Shown here in pieces: positions 12,637 to 25,570 of a stretch of 64,000 bases of DNA. The stretch comes from Octopus sinensis (lineage: Eukaryota): positions 114,204,001 to 114,268,000 of the forward strand of contig NC_043003.1 in the NCBI RefSeq assembly GCF_006345805.1, read 5' to 3'. The notes under the pieces were generated by a model that worked only from the letters and a program-made list of their open reading frames with translations, was not told the DNA's origin and ran no database searches. Numbering within the stretch: position 1 is the stretch's first letter; each line of letters begins with the position of its first letter. Made by a program: the position numbers and the translations under genes.

Positions 12637-14292
12637 GTGACTGTACTTGATTTTGTTCATGTGTGTTTGAGTTCACACACATATAACTACAGACACACAC
12701 ACTTATATCTATATACATATATTCATGCATACCTAGACGTGTGTTTGAGTTTTGTAAGAAAGGAAGAAGGAAACCAAAGCCAAGAAAACAAGGAGCCAGA
12801 ACGAAGAAATCTGCGCAGCAGCTGCGATTCCTCTTCGTAGTTATTGTTATTCCCCGTCACTTTAGAAATTCTTGTGGAAAGTTCTTCAGTGTACAATGAT
12901 ACATCTCGACCCATTCTGAACGTGAGACATCCTATCTAATGGTGGATCTCGGTCCCTCTACGGTGAGGTTTCGGTTGTCAGTCTTCTTAATCACCCCTTT
13001 CCTTATATTAGCCTCTTAATGGCATATCTACTCTCAACGTAAGAATCAGCATAACAGAATGTGAGAAGCCTGATCGCCTTTAAACAACAGGTCATGATTC
13101 ATCCAACGCGCCTCGGCATTAGTTGTGTATTGTTTCTGTCGACCCACTCACACTCAAATGGTGTGAGTTAAGCCGAGGCTGTAGGAAACGACACCTGCTC
13201 GAGGTCCCATGCAATGGGATCGAACACTACACCTCATAGTTGTGCAGGGAACTTCTGTTTTACAAATCATATTGGCTGCTATTAATAAATTTTCTATAAC
13301 GATTACAAGAATATATCATTTTATTCTCCCCTTTGTTTCAGTCCCTGGATTGTAGCCGTTCTGATGTACTGCCTTGGTGGTCTACACGTTAGTCAACACG
13401 CTTCCAGTGGTTACTTTTAAGGGTCAGCTCTTCATTCCAACACACAAATTTTCCCAAGTTGCTAAATTACGGACACGGAAAGCAAACCAATGCAAGACAT
13501 CATGAACTAGCACTCAACACTTTTCGTTGGACTTACGCGTATTTGATAACAGTTTGGCTTACGACTTGAGGTCACTTATTCTCGGTTTCCCTTTACCAAT
13601 TTCGCTCACATGACATTGCTGGGCCAAGACTTATAACACAAACATCTAGGGACCCGCTCGCTGGATCTAAATCAGAAATAATGTGGTCGAAAAGCGAGCA
13701 TTTTAACGGTATTGTCAAATCTGTGCCTATACACACGCTCACACACACACACACACGCACACACACAACGGGCTTCTTTCAGTTTCCTCTCTAGTAAATT
13801 TACACCAGAAGTTTATCTCGACTAGACGCCATTGTAGATGATATTTGCCCAGGGCAAATGACTGCTGGGCCTAAGTGAATGGTTGTCATATATAAGACGA
13901 AAACAATGGTTTGGTTGGATGTTATAATACAATCGCCAAGATATATACTCCGAATTATTTCGTAGGTGTACATAACTGTTGCATTATTTACTCGCAGGTG
14001 CAAAAGCAGTCTACAATCTTGATTAAAACGAAAGTAGCTTGTTCATCCCACAAATACACGCAAATATATACGTATATACATATATGAATTGATACGTAAA
14101 TGCATATACACACACAAGCACACATATGCATAGACATCTGCAGAATATGAAATGCAATAAAATTATAATTAACAATAAGAAGAAAAATATAAAAAAATAA
14201 CATAAAATTAGAGAAAAAACAAAATGAAATAAGCTCTTGGAGAGGCAGAAGAATTGGTAAATGGATAAAAACGTGGGTGAGGAGATGGATGA

Positions 14293-14346
<54 letters not shown>

Positions 14347-14364
14347 ATGTGTTTTATTCTTTTA

Positions 14365-14626
14365 GTCTTTTATTTGTTTCAGCAATTTGACTGCGGCCAT
14401 GCTGGAGCAGCACGTTTTAGTCGAGCAAATCGAACCCAGCACTTATTCTTTGTAAACCCAGTACTTATTCTATCGGCCTCTTTTGCCGAACCGCCAAGTT
14501 ACGGGGACGTAAACACACCAGCATCGGTTATCAAGCGATGTTGGGGGGGGGCAGACACAGACATACAAAACATATACACACAGATACAGACGCGGACAGA
14601 CAGACACACACACACACACGCACGTA

Positions 14627-14675
<49 letters not shown>

Positions 14676-14805
14676 GTAGACGGGCTTCTTTCTATTTCCT
14701 TCTACCATATCCACACACAAGGCTTTGGTCGATCCGAGTCTATAGTAGAAAGCATTTGCCCGGAACCATATGGTTGTTTAGGAACCTACTTACCACACAG
14801 CCACT
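14365..14805 (-). mobile_element. SINE family A, near full length
   Basis: Matches the other family A copies, including the internal CA/TA tract. Confidence 0.88.
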
Positions 14806-14883
14806 CCTGCCCCTATGTATGTATATGTATTGTATGTATATGTGTGTGTATGTGTGTGTGTGTGGGTACATATATATACATAT

Positions 14884-15080
14884 ACTCTTTTACTCTTTTA
14901 CTTGTTTCAGTCATTTGACTGCGGCCATGCTGGAGCACCGCCTTTAGTCGAGCAAATCGACCCCGGAACTTATTCTTTGTAAGCCCAGTACTTATTCTAT
15001 CGGTCTCTTTTGCCGAACCGCCAAGTGACGGGGACGTAAACACACCAGCATCGGTTGTCAGGCAATGCTAGGGGGACAAA
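14884..15080 (-). mobile_element. SINE family A, 3' half
   Basis: TACTCTTTTACTCTTTTACTTGTTTCAGTC tail plus body. Confidence 0.9.
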
Positions 15081-15294
15081 TTAAGCAAGAATATTATTGA
15101 TAGTGACTTCGAAGTTTCGGCCAGATAAGCCATCGTTGAACATCGGAGTCACTGTCGATCATATTCTTATTTTGGATTAGCTCAGTTATATTCTAAAAAA
15201 GTATCGAGTAATCCATCAGATTAATGTAAAATTCTTTTTATTACAACTGAACATAAATACACACATACATACATACACGCATATGCACATATAT

Positions 15295-15658
15295 GATGGC
15301 TGCTCCCCCACCCCGTTATCGAGTATGGCCATTGCACGAAGCTTAACTGTTATTGGTGCTGTGATAGAATGTGACTTTTTAGCCCAGCTAAATGTCTTGT
15401 ACAGAATTGGCAACTAAAATCTTTACCGGTAATAGTCAGCTGTAGTTTTAACTGGGCTTCATGTACCTTTGCATGTCGTTTAAGTCCTCCTGTCGAATTA
15501 CACTCTCTTCCACATGCCCGACAGATATGACTGGTATGGTGTGTTACACCACCACCAGTGGCCAGGTTGTCACTCATCTGTCTCGCTTTATGACTACGAA
15601 GATGTCTCTTGAGTCCAGCTTTACTGAGGCAAGGTCTTGCACAGAAACTGCATGTCAT
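15295..15658 (-). mobile_element. 5'-truncated RTE-type LINE end encoding three C2H2-type zinc fingers
   Basis: CSFCARPCLSKAGLKRHLRSH, CRACGRECNSTGGLKRHAKVH and a degenerate CQFCTRHLAGLKSHILSQH. Candidate 14 bp TSD (1 mismatch) at 15281-15294 and 15659-15672. RTE C-termini typically carry a CxxCgRxCxSxxGLxxH motif. Confidence 0.7.
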
Positions 15659-16069
15659 ATACGCACATATATACACACATACATAGATGCACAAATATCT
15701 AATATGAACTGGTATCTACCTATTTGTCTCCCCCTCAGGCTCTCTTTCTACTAAGCCTCCCATTTATACATACTTCTTCAGCCGTCTGTCTTTCAACAGA
15801 GGCATCGGCCTTTTCTATCGAAGATTCATTCTTGTCCGTTTCCATAGTTTTTAATTGTTATCTTCGATATTTCTCGCATATATTTGTTCTGAATTTAATG
15901 TATTGCCTAAATTCATGTTTTCCAGCTTTTTCACGGATTTATTTGAACCATGACTAGTTGAGATTGCTGGAACCAATTATCAGATACGCTTCTTCATTCC
16001 TCTGCTTGATATTTTATTCTCCGAGACTAAAGGCAATTTTCTGGATTTTCAGCTTCTGCGAAACATATA

Positions 16070-16972
16070 TGAAGGAAAACCAAAAAGAAACCGGAATTTG
16101 CAATATTATTTCATTTATTCACTTTTGCATGTTTACACTTTTATCGCCTTCAGAGTATTCTCCGTTCGAAGCAATGCATCATTCCAGGCACGTTTTCCAC
16201 TGTTCGAAGCCGTGCTGGAATTCTTGCAAAATGATGCCATTTTTTTCTTTACATCTTCCACATCTGCAAATTCCGTAGCACCAGCTTTCATCACCAGTGA
16301 TGGCCTTCGAAAAAAAAAAAAAAAATCCGGATCAAGTTCCAGCCATTCTTTCAGTTCACGAAACGCATTCAGCCGTAACTTCTTTTGATCTTCTGTGAGC
16401 AAGCGAGGCACAGATTTTGCTGCAATTCTTTTCAATTCGCAATTCCTCACTCAAATTTCGTTGGCACGAGCTCCAGGGCACATCAGTCATATTATCAACT
16501 TTGTCAATTGTTCAGTGACGTCCTCCATGATCAGTTCATGAATTTTCGTGATGTTTATATTCGCTCGGTAAGTCGACGGTCACTCTGAACGAGGTCGGTC
16601 TTCAAGCAACAACATGACCATTCCTAAAGCGTGAAAGCCACTCGTAAACTTGTATTTTCCTCATGGCAACGTCTTTTCAAGACGTTTGAACCATGAAAAC
16701 AGTTTTGATCTCCGTTTTCCCGAGAAGAAAACAGAATTTCACGGAAGTATGTTGTTCCTTCGTTTCAGCTATCGAAAAAAAAAATCGACGAACAGGGGAG
16801 AAACTCTACAAAACGAAGACGCACCACGTGTCAGTAGGACTAGACTGGATGCCGCCGGTCTCATCACTGGATGCCTGAGGGTCTCATCAAGTGGCTTCTA
16901 GCTGCGGAAGCCTCAGCTACAGTGAGCTTGTTTCACAGGGAACGTTTTCGGTTACTATCGGGTACCTCCTCG
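16070..16972 (-). mobile_element. Internally deleted mariner (second family)
   Basis: Decayed TIRs with flanking TA. The N-terminal remnant (KFCFLLGKT, KRIAAKSVPRLL) and ITGDESWCYG are fused directly to the C-terminal FADVEDVKK. Confidence 0.85.
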
Positions 16973-17442
16973 TACTTCTACTGAAGCAGTGTTCCTTCCT
17001 ATACATTCTGTTAACCGATGTTCGCAGGAATGCTGCCTGAGCTAAGTGCCTGGATTACCGGATACACTCTCCACCACCACACATGCATTGATTACCCTCT
17101 CCCTTTCTGTATGCATGTGTATTTATATGTATGTGTGTTTGTGTATGCATACGCATAATGTGTACACATGCACTTTTTTGAGACAGAGTGAAGGGAGAGA
17201 AAGTAATTGAGGCAAAGAAAGACCGACAAGGAAATGAAAATCACGAAGAATTGACCTGCGAGGAATTAAAGTGCCTAAAGTGAAGTGTTTTATGAGTTGA
17301 AATCTCGCTGACGTAGTCTTCGAGTTTTTCAAATTTCCGGCAACATCAGAAGTGCCCCTCGACTTACTGGGTGCTTATTTAATCAACCGTACCCCGGTGT
17401 ATTTAAATTCTTAGACTTGGGATTATGATAGTGAAACAAAAC

Positions 17443-17479
<37 letters not shown>

Positions 17480-18016
17480 GAGTGAGAGAGCAGTACATGT
17501 CATCAAAGTGACACTGGGGTAAAAAGCCCAGCATACCCATCATAACTACCCGTCTGATAAGGGTACACCAGGCACATGCATCACAACCATATGTGCGCGA
17601 CATGGTGATCTCATATCAAGATAACCAGCACATGACCTTGCAGGTGGGGCCCAATTAGAATTTTCTTCAGGTTGAGTAGCCCATCCTGCTCAAAAGGTCC
17701 CTGAATAAGGGTTGCTTTAGGATGTTGAACGAAACACTCATGTTTCCAGAGGTGAATTATTCAAACTCCAAGTAATCCCTCTCAACACATGGCTATGATG
17801 CTCCCCCACTACTTCTGCTCATGATCAGAGATGCACGTATCGTCAGCCACTAAGGGACATGCTCAACTGGTTAAGGTCAAACAACTGACAAGCAAATCTG
17901 TGGTATTGAGCAGAATATTTGCTGTAGCCCATCTTTTATACCAAGACAAAACAATGTACATGATAACACTTCCAATCAGTAAAGATCAGAAGCCATGAGA
18001 GCCACTGCCTGGTACT
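17480..18016 (-). mobile_element. ~540 bp non-coding interspersed repeat embedded in (AAT)n on both sides
   Basis: Partial copies at 4063-4200 and 49535-49680 share the 3' end and the (AAT)n tail. Confidence 0.7.
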
Positions 18017-18839
18017 ATATTATTATTATTATTATTGTCGTTGTTGTTGTTGTTGTTGTTATTGTGAAAGAATGGCGAGGTGCAGTTTCGAAAGAATGGC
18101 GGACGAGTTGACATTCGCCATATCCGTCTGATTATATTCTTCCAATGATGACCAACTCGCCTTTACTTGTTATACTTCCAAGCTCAATTAAACAAATACC
18201 AGGCAAGCACTGAGGTTGCTGTCGAATCAATCATAATTCACTCTCCATAGATGCTACCCTGTACTCCTATTAAACCGTAGTCTTTGGTGTGTGGCAGCAA
18301 AGCTGTGTACAGGAATTCACGTTGCCAGCGACGCAATGCTCGCCACAATGCAACAAGTTCACAAAGTGTAGCATATGTTAATATCTATTATGTTCTACAC
18401 GTTTATTTATGCATCAGAATATATGGAGGAACATGTAGATGTGTGTTTGAAAGCCTTTTTCTGCGAGTGCACGAGGATGAGAATAGTCGACTTTTGCCGT
18501 TTGTTATGTTAATAACAGCTGGATAATATAATTATTTTAAACTAAAACAACATTCACACACACACACACACACACACACAACACACACACACACACACAT
18601 TTGTGTACGCTGTCCTTAAGTGTTTCTGCATACCTATGCATGCATTTCACATTGCTGTACCGCACACATATAAGTATATAGAAATATAATATAGACGTAC
18701 TTAGTTGAGCATTATAACATATAACTCCTCCCCCTTCTCCTCCACCTCTTCTTTTTCTTTCTCTCTAAATACATATGTGTCTCTATATGTGAATACATGT
18801 GTAAACACATACATACATACATACATATATACATATATA

Positions 18840-18906
<67 letters not shown>

Positions 18907-19640
18907 TATTATATATGTATATGAGTGTACATATACATACATGCATATATGCATGCATACATACAGACAGACATATACGTGTGTATAAATGATTATATGT
19001 ATCTGTGTATCCCATATGTATGCATTAAAATTATATATTCAAACTCATGTATTCATATGCATATATATTTTTATACATGAAAAGCACACGTGCGTGTGCG
19101 ATGCATGTATATATAAATATATATATATAAATTAGCGAAAAATCAATATTACTATTATTATTATTATATATATATATATATAGGCAAAAATATGAAACAT
19201 AACAAAACAACGACAGTCATAAAGACATATTCACATATGTATATGTATTTGTATGCATATATTTGTATAAACCACCCATAAGCACTGGTATATACATTAC
19301 ATCATAGAATATGGATTGCTCATGTTCCAACACAAAGCTGATTGTTGTTCAAAGTGAGGCAACAGTGAATGAACTAATTAACTGCAGCCTATTAGTGTTA
19401 ATTGTTTTATTGATCAGGCTGAGAAAGAAGGCAATACCTATCGATACTTGTGGGCTTTCTACTACGAATGTGTCTTAGTTCGACTTTGCCTTTAATACGT
19501 CTGACCCACAAATTCTTTTAAGCATTGAGTCGAGGACCACAAGATTACGCGGAGGTGCAAAACAACAACTGGAATCTCCTCACGCTATTTCCCCGTTCGT
19601 TAGTTAACTGGGGTCCCATTAGAAGCGAAAAGTCGACTTG

Positions 19641-19803
19641 AGTTCAAATTCCGCCGAGGTCGACTTTGCCTTTCATCCTTTCGGGGTCGATAAATTAAGT
19701 ATCAGTTACGTACTTGGGTCGATGTAATCGACTTAATCTCTTTGTCTGTCCTTGTTTGTCCCATCTGCGTTTAGCCCCTTGTGGGTAATAAAGAAATAGG
19801 TAC
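19641..19803 (+). mobile_element. SINE family B, 5'-truncated at the B box
   Basis: Close to the array unit; ends AAAGAAATAGGTA. Confidence 0.9.
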
Positions 19804-21624
19804 TTAAGTTGGTTTGCGTCACTTTATATAATTTATAAATGAAAAATTATGAATAATTTTATAGATTTTGTTTCGTTTTAAAAGCGATTAATTGATTTTG
19901 ATAAAATTCAAATTTCTGTTATTCTAGGGTAGATAACATTTGAAGGTTTTGATATCAGCACCGTCTCTAATCAACTGCATTAGAATTAGAATTGGAGGTT
20001 ACTTGAGGAACCATCTCGACCGCCGAAACAATAAACAAGGAGTGAGCCTCTTCGCACTTTTAATATAAACAATATTTCTCGGAAATATCACTAAATAATT
20101 TGTCCTCCGCAAAATAGCAGAAGAATCTCATGCTACATCGTACGGTCTTCAAAAGGGACTGGATATTATGTAATAAAGTATAAAATGCTGAATGTATTCG
20201 AGGGTATGATGTTCACAGCTATATGGCTTTGATCATAGATCTGCTGAGTCAAGGCTGACATGGGCTAAACAACAGGGATATCTGTCGGAGTATAATTCTA
20301 AGCAAAGTTTTAAAGTAAAGATCAAGATGAATAGCGCAACATCAAAGTTCTTCGATATTAGGAAACAATGTTAATGATTAAATTACGAGAATAACACCAT
20401 TTTCTCTCGGAGCATACCAATATTTAACTCCTGACCGATAAAGCAATCTCCTGGCTTCAACACACAGTTACTGTGTGGCGCACATATTATTAGTAAGGTC
20501 TTTTAATTAAGTTCAAACCCTCGAACCCGGAAGAAATGTTAGGGAAAGGGAAACTTAGACCTTTATATACTTTCTTAACCAGCTCGACGGAATATCGATT
20601 ATGTTCCTTTGATCCACTACAAAATATAGGGAAATGTCCAAGTTGTAGTTCTCACCCCTTTTATTTAATCGGTTTGACAATAAATTCCAAATTGTTGGAC
20701 GAACTCTGCTTTGTAATCAGATGGTTTATTGATTTCTAACCTTATAATTTTCAAAATATTTTAGGAATTCACAAAAGATACAATTGGCCATATATCTTTT
20801 CCGATGCACTTATTTTGCCGATCCTGGAGTAATGGTAAGATCATCACAGCCAGATTTTATATCATGACATTGAGGAATGTAAAATAATAGATGACGCATG
20901 ACATGCAACTTCTGCTGTTAATACAAGTGTCTTCACAGTTTTAATAAGGATTTCTAAACCCAGCACAAAGCTGTAAGAGGGAGGCCATACAGCATTCTCA
21001 GGCCCCTTTCAGTTATTATATTTCTGAAAAATTATTGCAAAGTAAATCTATCCATAAACTGAACTCAAGCTGTTTGGGAAACACAAAGAAATATAAAAAA
21101 AACTCTGTTAAAATACGTAGACTAATGTTTCTGGCAGTCTCTCGCTTCATTGTTGTTCATGAAAATATGGTCGGAGTTGTTCGTCAATTTCTAAGAATAC
21201 GACTCAACAACATTGAAATGTTTAACTCTCTCATGAGCTGCTCATCTCCATATTGAACAGATAAGAAAAAATACTTCTCTATAGCCTTTTATGAAGGAGA
21301 TTTATGAAGTGGTTTAATCATGTTTGGCTTCCGATTAGGTTATGAAGTATCTAGCTAACCTCAAGTCTAAAAAGAACCCATGGCATCTTTCATGTAGAGA
21401 TGAATATATAAGGATACTGTAATGGAGATTAAGTTGCTCCTCCGAGCTTTTATGTATTCTATCATAACATCTGGAATTTATAGGTAATAACGGATAAGTA
21501 TACATATTACAATAGTAAATTAATATCTAACTAGCTGGACCCGTGAAAAATTCATGGAAAACATAAAAAATGTAAGCATCTGTAAATAGTATACTAGTGC
21601 CATGAGAAATGTTGGTATATTATG

Positions 21625-21760
21625 ACCGTCTGTCTTTACGTTCTGAGTTCAAATTGTGCCGAGGTCGACTTTGCCTTTCGTCCTTTCGAGGTCGATAAAT
21701 TAAGTACCAGTTGTGTACTAGGGTTGATTTAATCAACTGGCTCCCTCCCCACAAAAAAAT
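21625..21760 (+). mobile_element. SINE family B fragment
   Basis: TTACGTTCTGAGTTCAAATT..GAGGTCGACTTTGCCTTT..GATAAATTAAGTACCAG. Confidence 0.85.
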
Positions 21761-23210
21761 CAGTCCTAGAAAAGTATATTGTGACAGTTACAGAATATAG
21801 AATGTAATGTAACACCAATGACTATATAATCCAACCAAAATATCTCAGTTAAACAAACGTAAACGGAATTACTATTTAACCTTAAAATACATCGTACATG
21901 TTTAAAGAACTTTAATGTACAAATTGAACTGCAAAAGAAAGAAATAATAAATGGATTTATAAATGAAAGTTTGGTAATTGCGTTTATTTCTACCACGCGA
22001 CACTTATTTTTATAAATGTGTTTTAACTAACCTAAGCTATACACACACACAAATACTTTGGTATATATATGACTCGAGCTGTAGCTGTAATTCAAAGGGG
22101 CCAGCCTTGTCATATTCTGTACGCGGCTGAATCTCCCTGAGAACTACGTTAATGTTATGCAAGTCTGTGGAGCCACTTGTGAGTTAATTTTATCATCGTG
22201 TGGTAATGAAAAGTGAAACTGAGATCCAATATTTGCTGTGTGTATGTATCTATGTGTGAACTTTTCTTTGGATTTATGTATCTGCTATTTCTCTCACTTT
22301 CTGTCTTTCTCTTTCACTTCCTTTCTGTCCCTCTTCTCTCTCGCTTTTGATTTAACAATATGTATATCTATCTATGTATCTACTTCTCTTACGATGAACA
22401 CCATCACCACTCACTGTCTCTTTCACTCTCTGTCAGTCTCTCTCACTTTTTATTACTCTCTCACTTTCTTTCTTTCTTTCGCTCTTACGTCCTCTCTTAA
22501 ACATTTAAAAACACAAAACGAGCGCCTTCCCCACTGACTGTCACTTTCACTCTCTCCCTTTATCTCTCACTCTCTCTCTCTTTTACTTTCTCTCTTTCCT
22601 CCTCTCTCTGGCTTTGCCACTTCTTTAAAGTAAGTGCGATGCACACAACAGGTACGTAAAAAAAACAAAAAGTTAGCGTATTAATATTATTGATACTACA
22701 GTAGAAGGGACATTTTCTTCTTTTGAAACGTATAAAACAAACATATTAAAAAACAATATGACACACTAAGAACATATGACACTAGCAACAGACGAATTGC
22801 AACTTGTACCTAATTTGGATTTATTCAGCTTTACCTGTCATACAGGTAGGTCTTATCGACTATTATAGCTTTAAAGTTACTCTAGAGTCAGTCACTTCCC
22901 CCTCTCTCTCTGTACATACACACACACACACATATGGCAAGGCATAAATAAAAGTCATTACGCATTCTTTTATTGTTGCCGATTTGCCTTACAGTTGTTT
23001 CCGGATGTGATTATAAGTTCGTTTATTGATTGTTCTACTCAATCGGTAGGTTCAGAAAAAATGCACAACCAAGAGAACTAATGCTGCTCTCATCAGTTGT
23101 GGTATTCTAATGAAAACCTAGCAGAACAATGATAACTGAACGATACAGGCACGGGGGGGGGAGAGCGAAGAGATATGTATATATATATGTATGGATGTGT
23201 GTATATAAAA

Positions 23211-23354
23211 TTCTCGGCCTTTTGGCTAAGATCAAAGTGTAGTATCTGTTCTTATCAGCTTAATATCTGATACGGTCCTATTTGGGACCATCGATATTAA
23301 ACTGATTTTTAGAACGAGGCGAAGAGTTAGGGGCTTGCTCCGCCTTTGCCACTT
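23211..23354 (+). pseudogene. RNU2: U2 snRNA pseudogene (retrocopy), lacking the first ~5 nt and stem-loop IV
   Basis: TTCTCGGCCTTTTGGCTAAGATCAAAGTGTAGTATCTGTTCTTATCAG; branch-recognition GTAGTA at 23239-23244; stem IIb GGTCC/GGACC; Sm-like ATTTTT; stem III. The flanks are microsatellite and no snRNA promoter is evident. Confidence 0.93.
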
Positions 23355-23369
23355 CTAAAACTATGTGTG

Positions 23370-23415
<46 letters not shown>

Positions 23416-24474
23416 TGTGTGTGTGCGTGTGTATGTGTATATATATATATTTATATATATATATGTGTGTGTGTGTATATATATGTATATATACATAGAA
23501 ATCAGTTATCATTATCTTTAAAAAATAATGATAAAATACCCTGACTTTTAATATATATATATATATACATTCATATGTATATACCTACACGCATACATAT
23601 TCATATATATATATATATGTGCATACACGCTAATGCACATGCGCAGACACGGAGCCCCCCCACACACACACACACGTAATTGATATACAGTATGGTATTA
23701 ATGCAATCGTTTGATTGTAGAACAGAATGGTTCATCATTAGAAATCCGTGGGAGACGATGCGATGTACTTTCCTTGCATTTATTTGATGTCAAACATTTT
23801 AAGTTTATTAAAATGAAAAAAAAAAATTGCATCAACGTATATTTGTGCGTAAATGTGTGTTGTGCGTATGTGTATGTGTGTTGTGTTTGATGCGGCGCGA
23901 GTGCGCGTATGTGTGCGCATGCGTGCGTGTGTATGTGTCGGGCTTTGCATCGTGTGGGAGTTGTCTACATTTTTAGTTAATGACGAAGTAAATATGTTGA
24001 CATTCGCATTTCAATTTCTACCATATGCACTTGATTGCTCAAATATGAATTTCTACTAACAAACACGACACACACACACACACATGCACGCATTAATTCT
24101 CGCACGCACATGCACACAACTACATATAATTGCATACACACGTCTTTATACATTAGTCTCCCCCACCCACCCTTCCATGAAGTACTCTCTGCATTCGACT
24201 AATATGCACACATCCACACACAAAGCAAAACAAACATACATACATATCTCTCTATAACTTTATATTTAAATACGCACATACATAGACATACATACATACA
24301 CTCACACGCAGACACACACATACACGTACATTTTTCAGCCTTTAATCCCAGCGTTAATCCCATCTAATTAGGGTTGTTAACAAGTGGCCTGCAATTTAAA
24401 CTTCCTGTCTGACACCCAATATTCACCCTCCTACTTACACACAGTCAACATCACCACCACCTCCATCACAACCG

Positions 24475-24514
<40 letters not shown>

Positions 24515-25364
24515 GTACTACTACGTCCATATTTGGGTGTATGTGAGTGGGGAGTGTCTGTTTAAGGAGTGTTTTAGATATAAATACCACATGTATGTAT
24601 ATGCAGGGCTGGTTCTGAACGAATGTTGTGGAGTCGCAACAATCTGTCGCATTTATCCGCTTCGTTTCGCACGGTTTTCTTGCTCCTGGGGTGCCTTTAA
24701 TCGATCCACATCATTGCAAGTTGTTCTCTCGAGTCTCTGGTCCATGAATGACTCTACATCTTGATGTCATTGGCAACTGTGGTTGAGACTCATGGTAGAC
24801 CTTCAAGACTGGAGGAATGTCATTGAAGAGATCACTAATAGCAATGAAGGGAATTTGACTTACAAATAACCGAGTGATTGCTTAACCAATACAATAAACA
24901 GACAATTGATCAGTTTGATGGTTAAATATTTGATTGGTTAACAATAACGAAGTAATATTGAGCCAGTGTATGTTCATATTAGTATTGGTATAATGACTCT
25001 GCCAAGACAATATTTCTTTCAACGCACGAATCCACATCAAGAATCTTGCAAACCAAATACAAACACGGAAATGTGTTGAAGTCTTTAATCATCTTATTGA
25101 CTCAATCGATTTCAGGATCACCGAAAAAAATTACAGTGCCACTCCTCATCCTCAAACCAAATTGTATGACCATGTTTTTCTTAGGATTGTGTCCTTTTAT
25201 AAAACTATTCCGCACATACAATAACAGCCTTACCAACAATCCGACATACCTCTATCATCAGCTGCCACACGGATATCATTATAGTTTCGACGCCTGCACA
25301 GTACCAATACATAATACATACATACATTACATACATACATACATTACATGCATACATACATACA

Positions 25365-25395
<31 letters not shown>

Positions 25396-25417
25396 CATGC
25401 GTACATACATATATATA

Positions 25418-25515
25418 CGACGGGCTTCTTTCAGTTTCCGTCTACCAAACCACTCACAAGGGTTTGGTCGGCCCGAGGCTATAGCAGAAGACAGTTGCCC
25501 AAGGTGCCACTCCTG
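25418..25515 (-). mobile_element. SINE family A, 5' fragment
   Basis: CGACGGGCTTCTTTCAGTTTCCGTCTACC..CCCAAGGTGCCAC. Confidence 0.85.
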
Positions 25516-25520
25516 CGCTT

Positions 25521-25555
<35 letters not shown>

Positions 25556-25570
25556 TATATATATATATAT

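Noticed and set aside
23211-23354. Functional U2 gene, or the target site of a U2-specific Tx1 element
   Set aside because: It is truncated at both ends with microsatellite flanks, and no LINE sequence adjoins it; the Tx1-like copies are 18-40 kb away.
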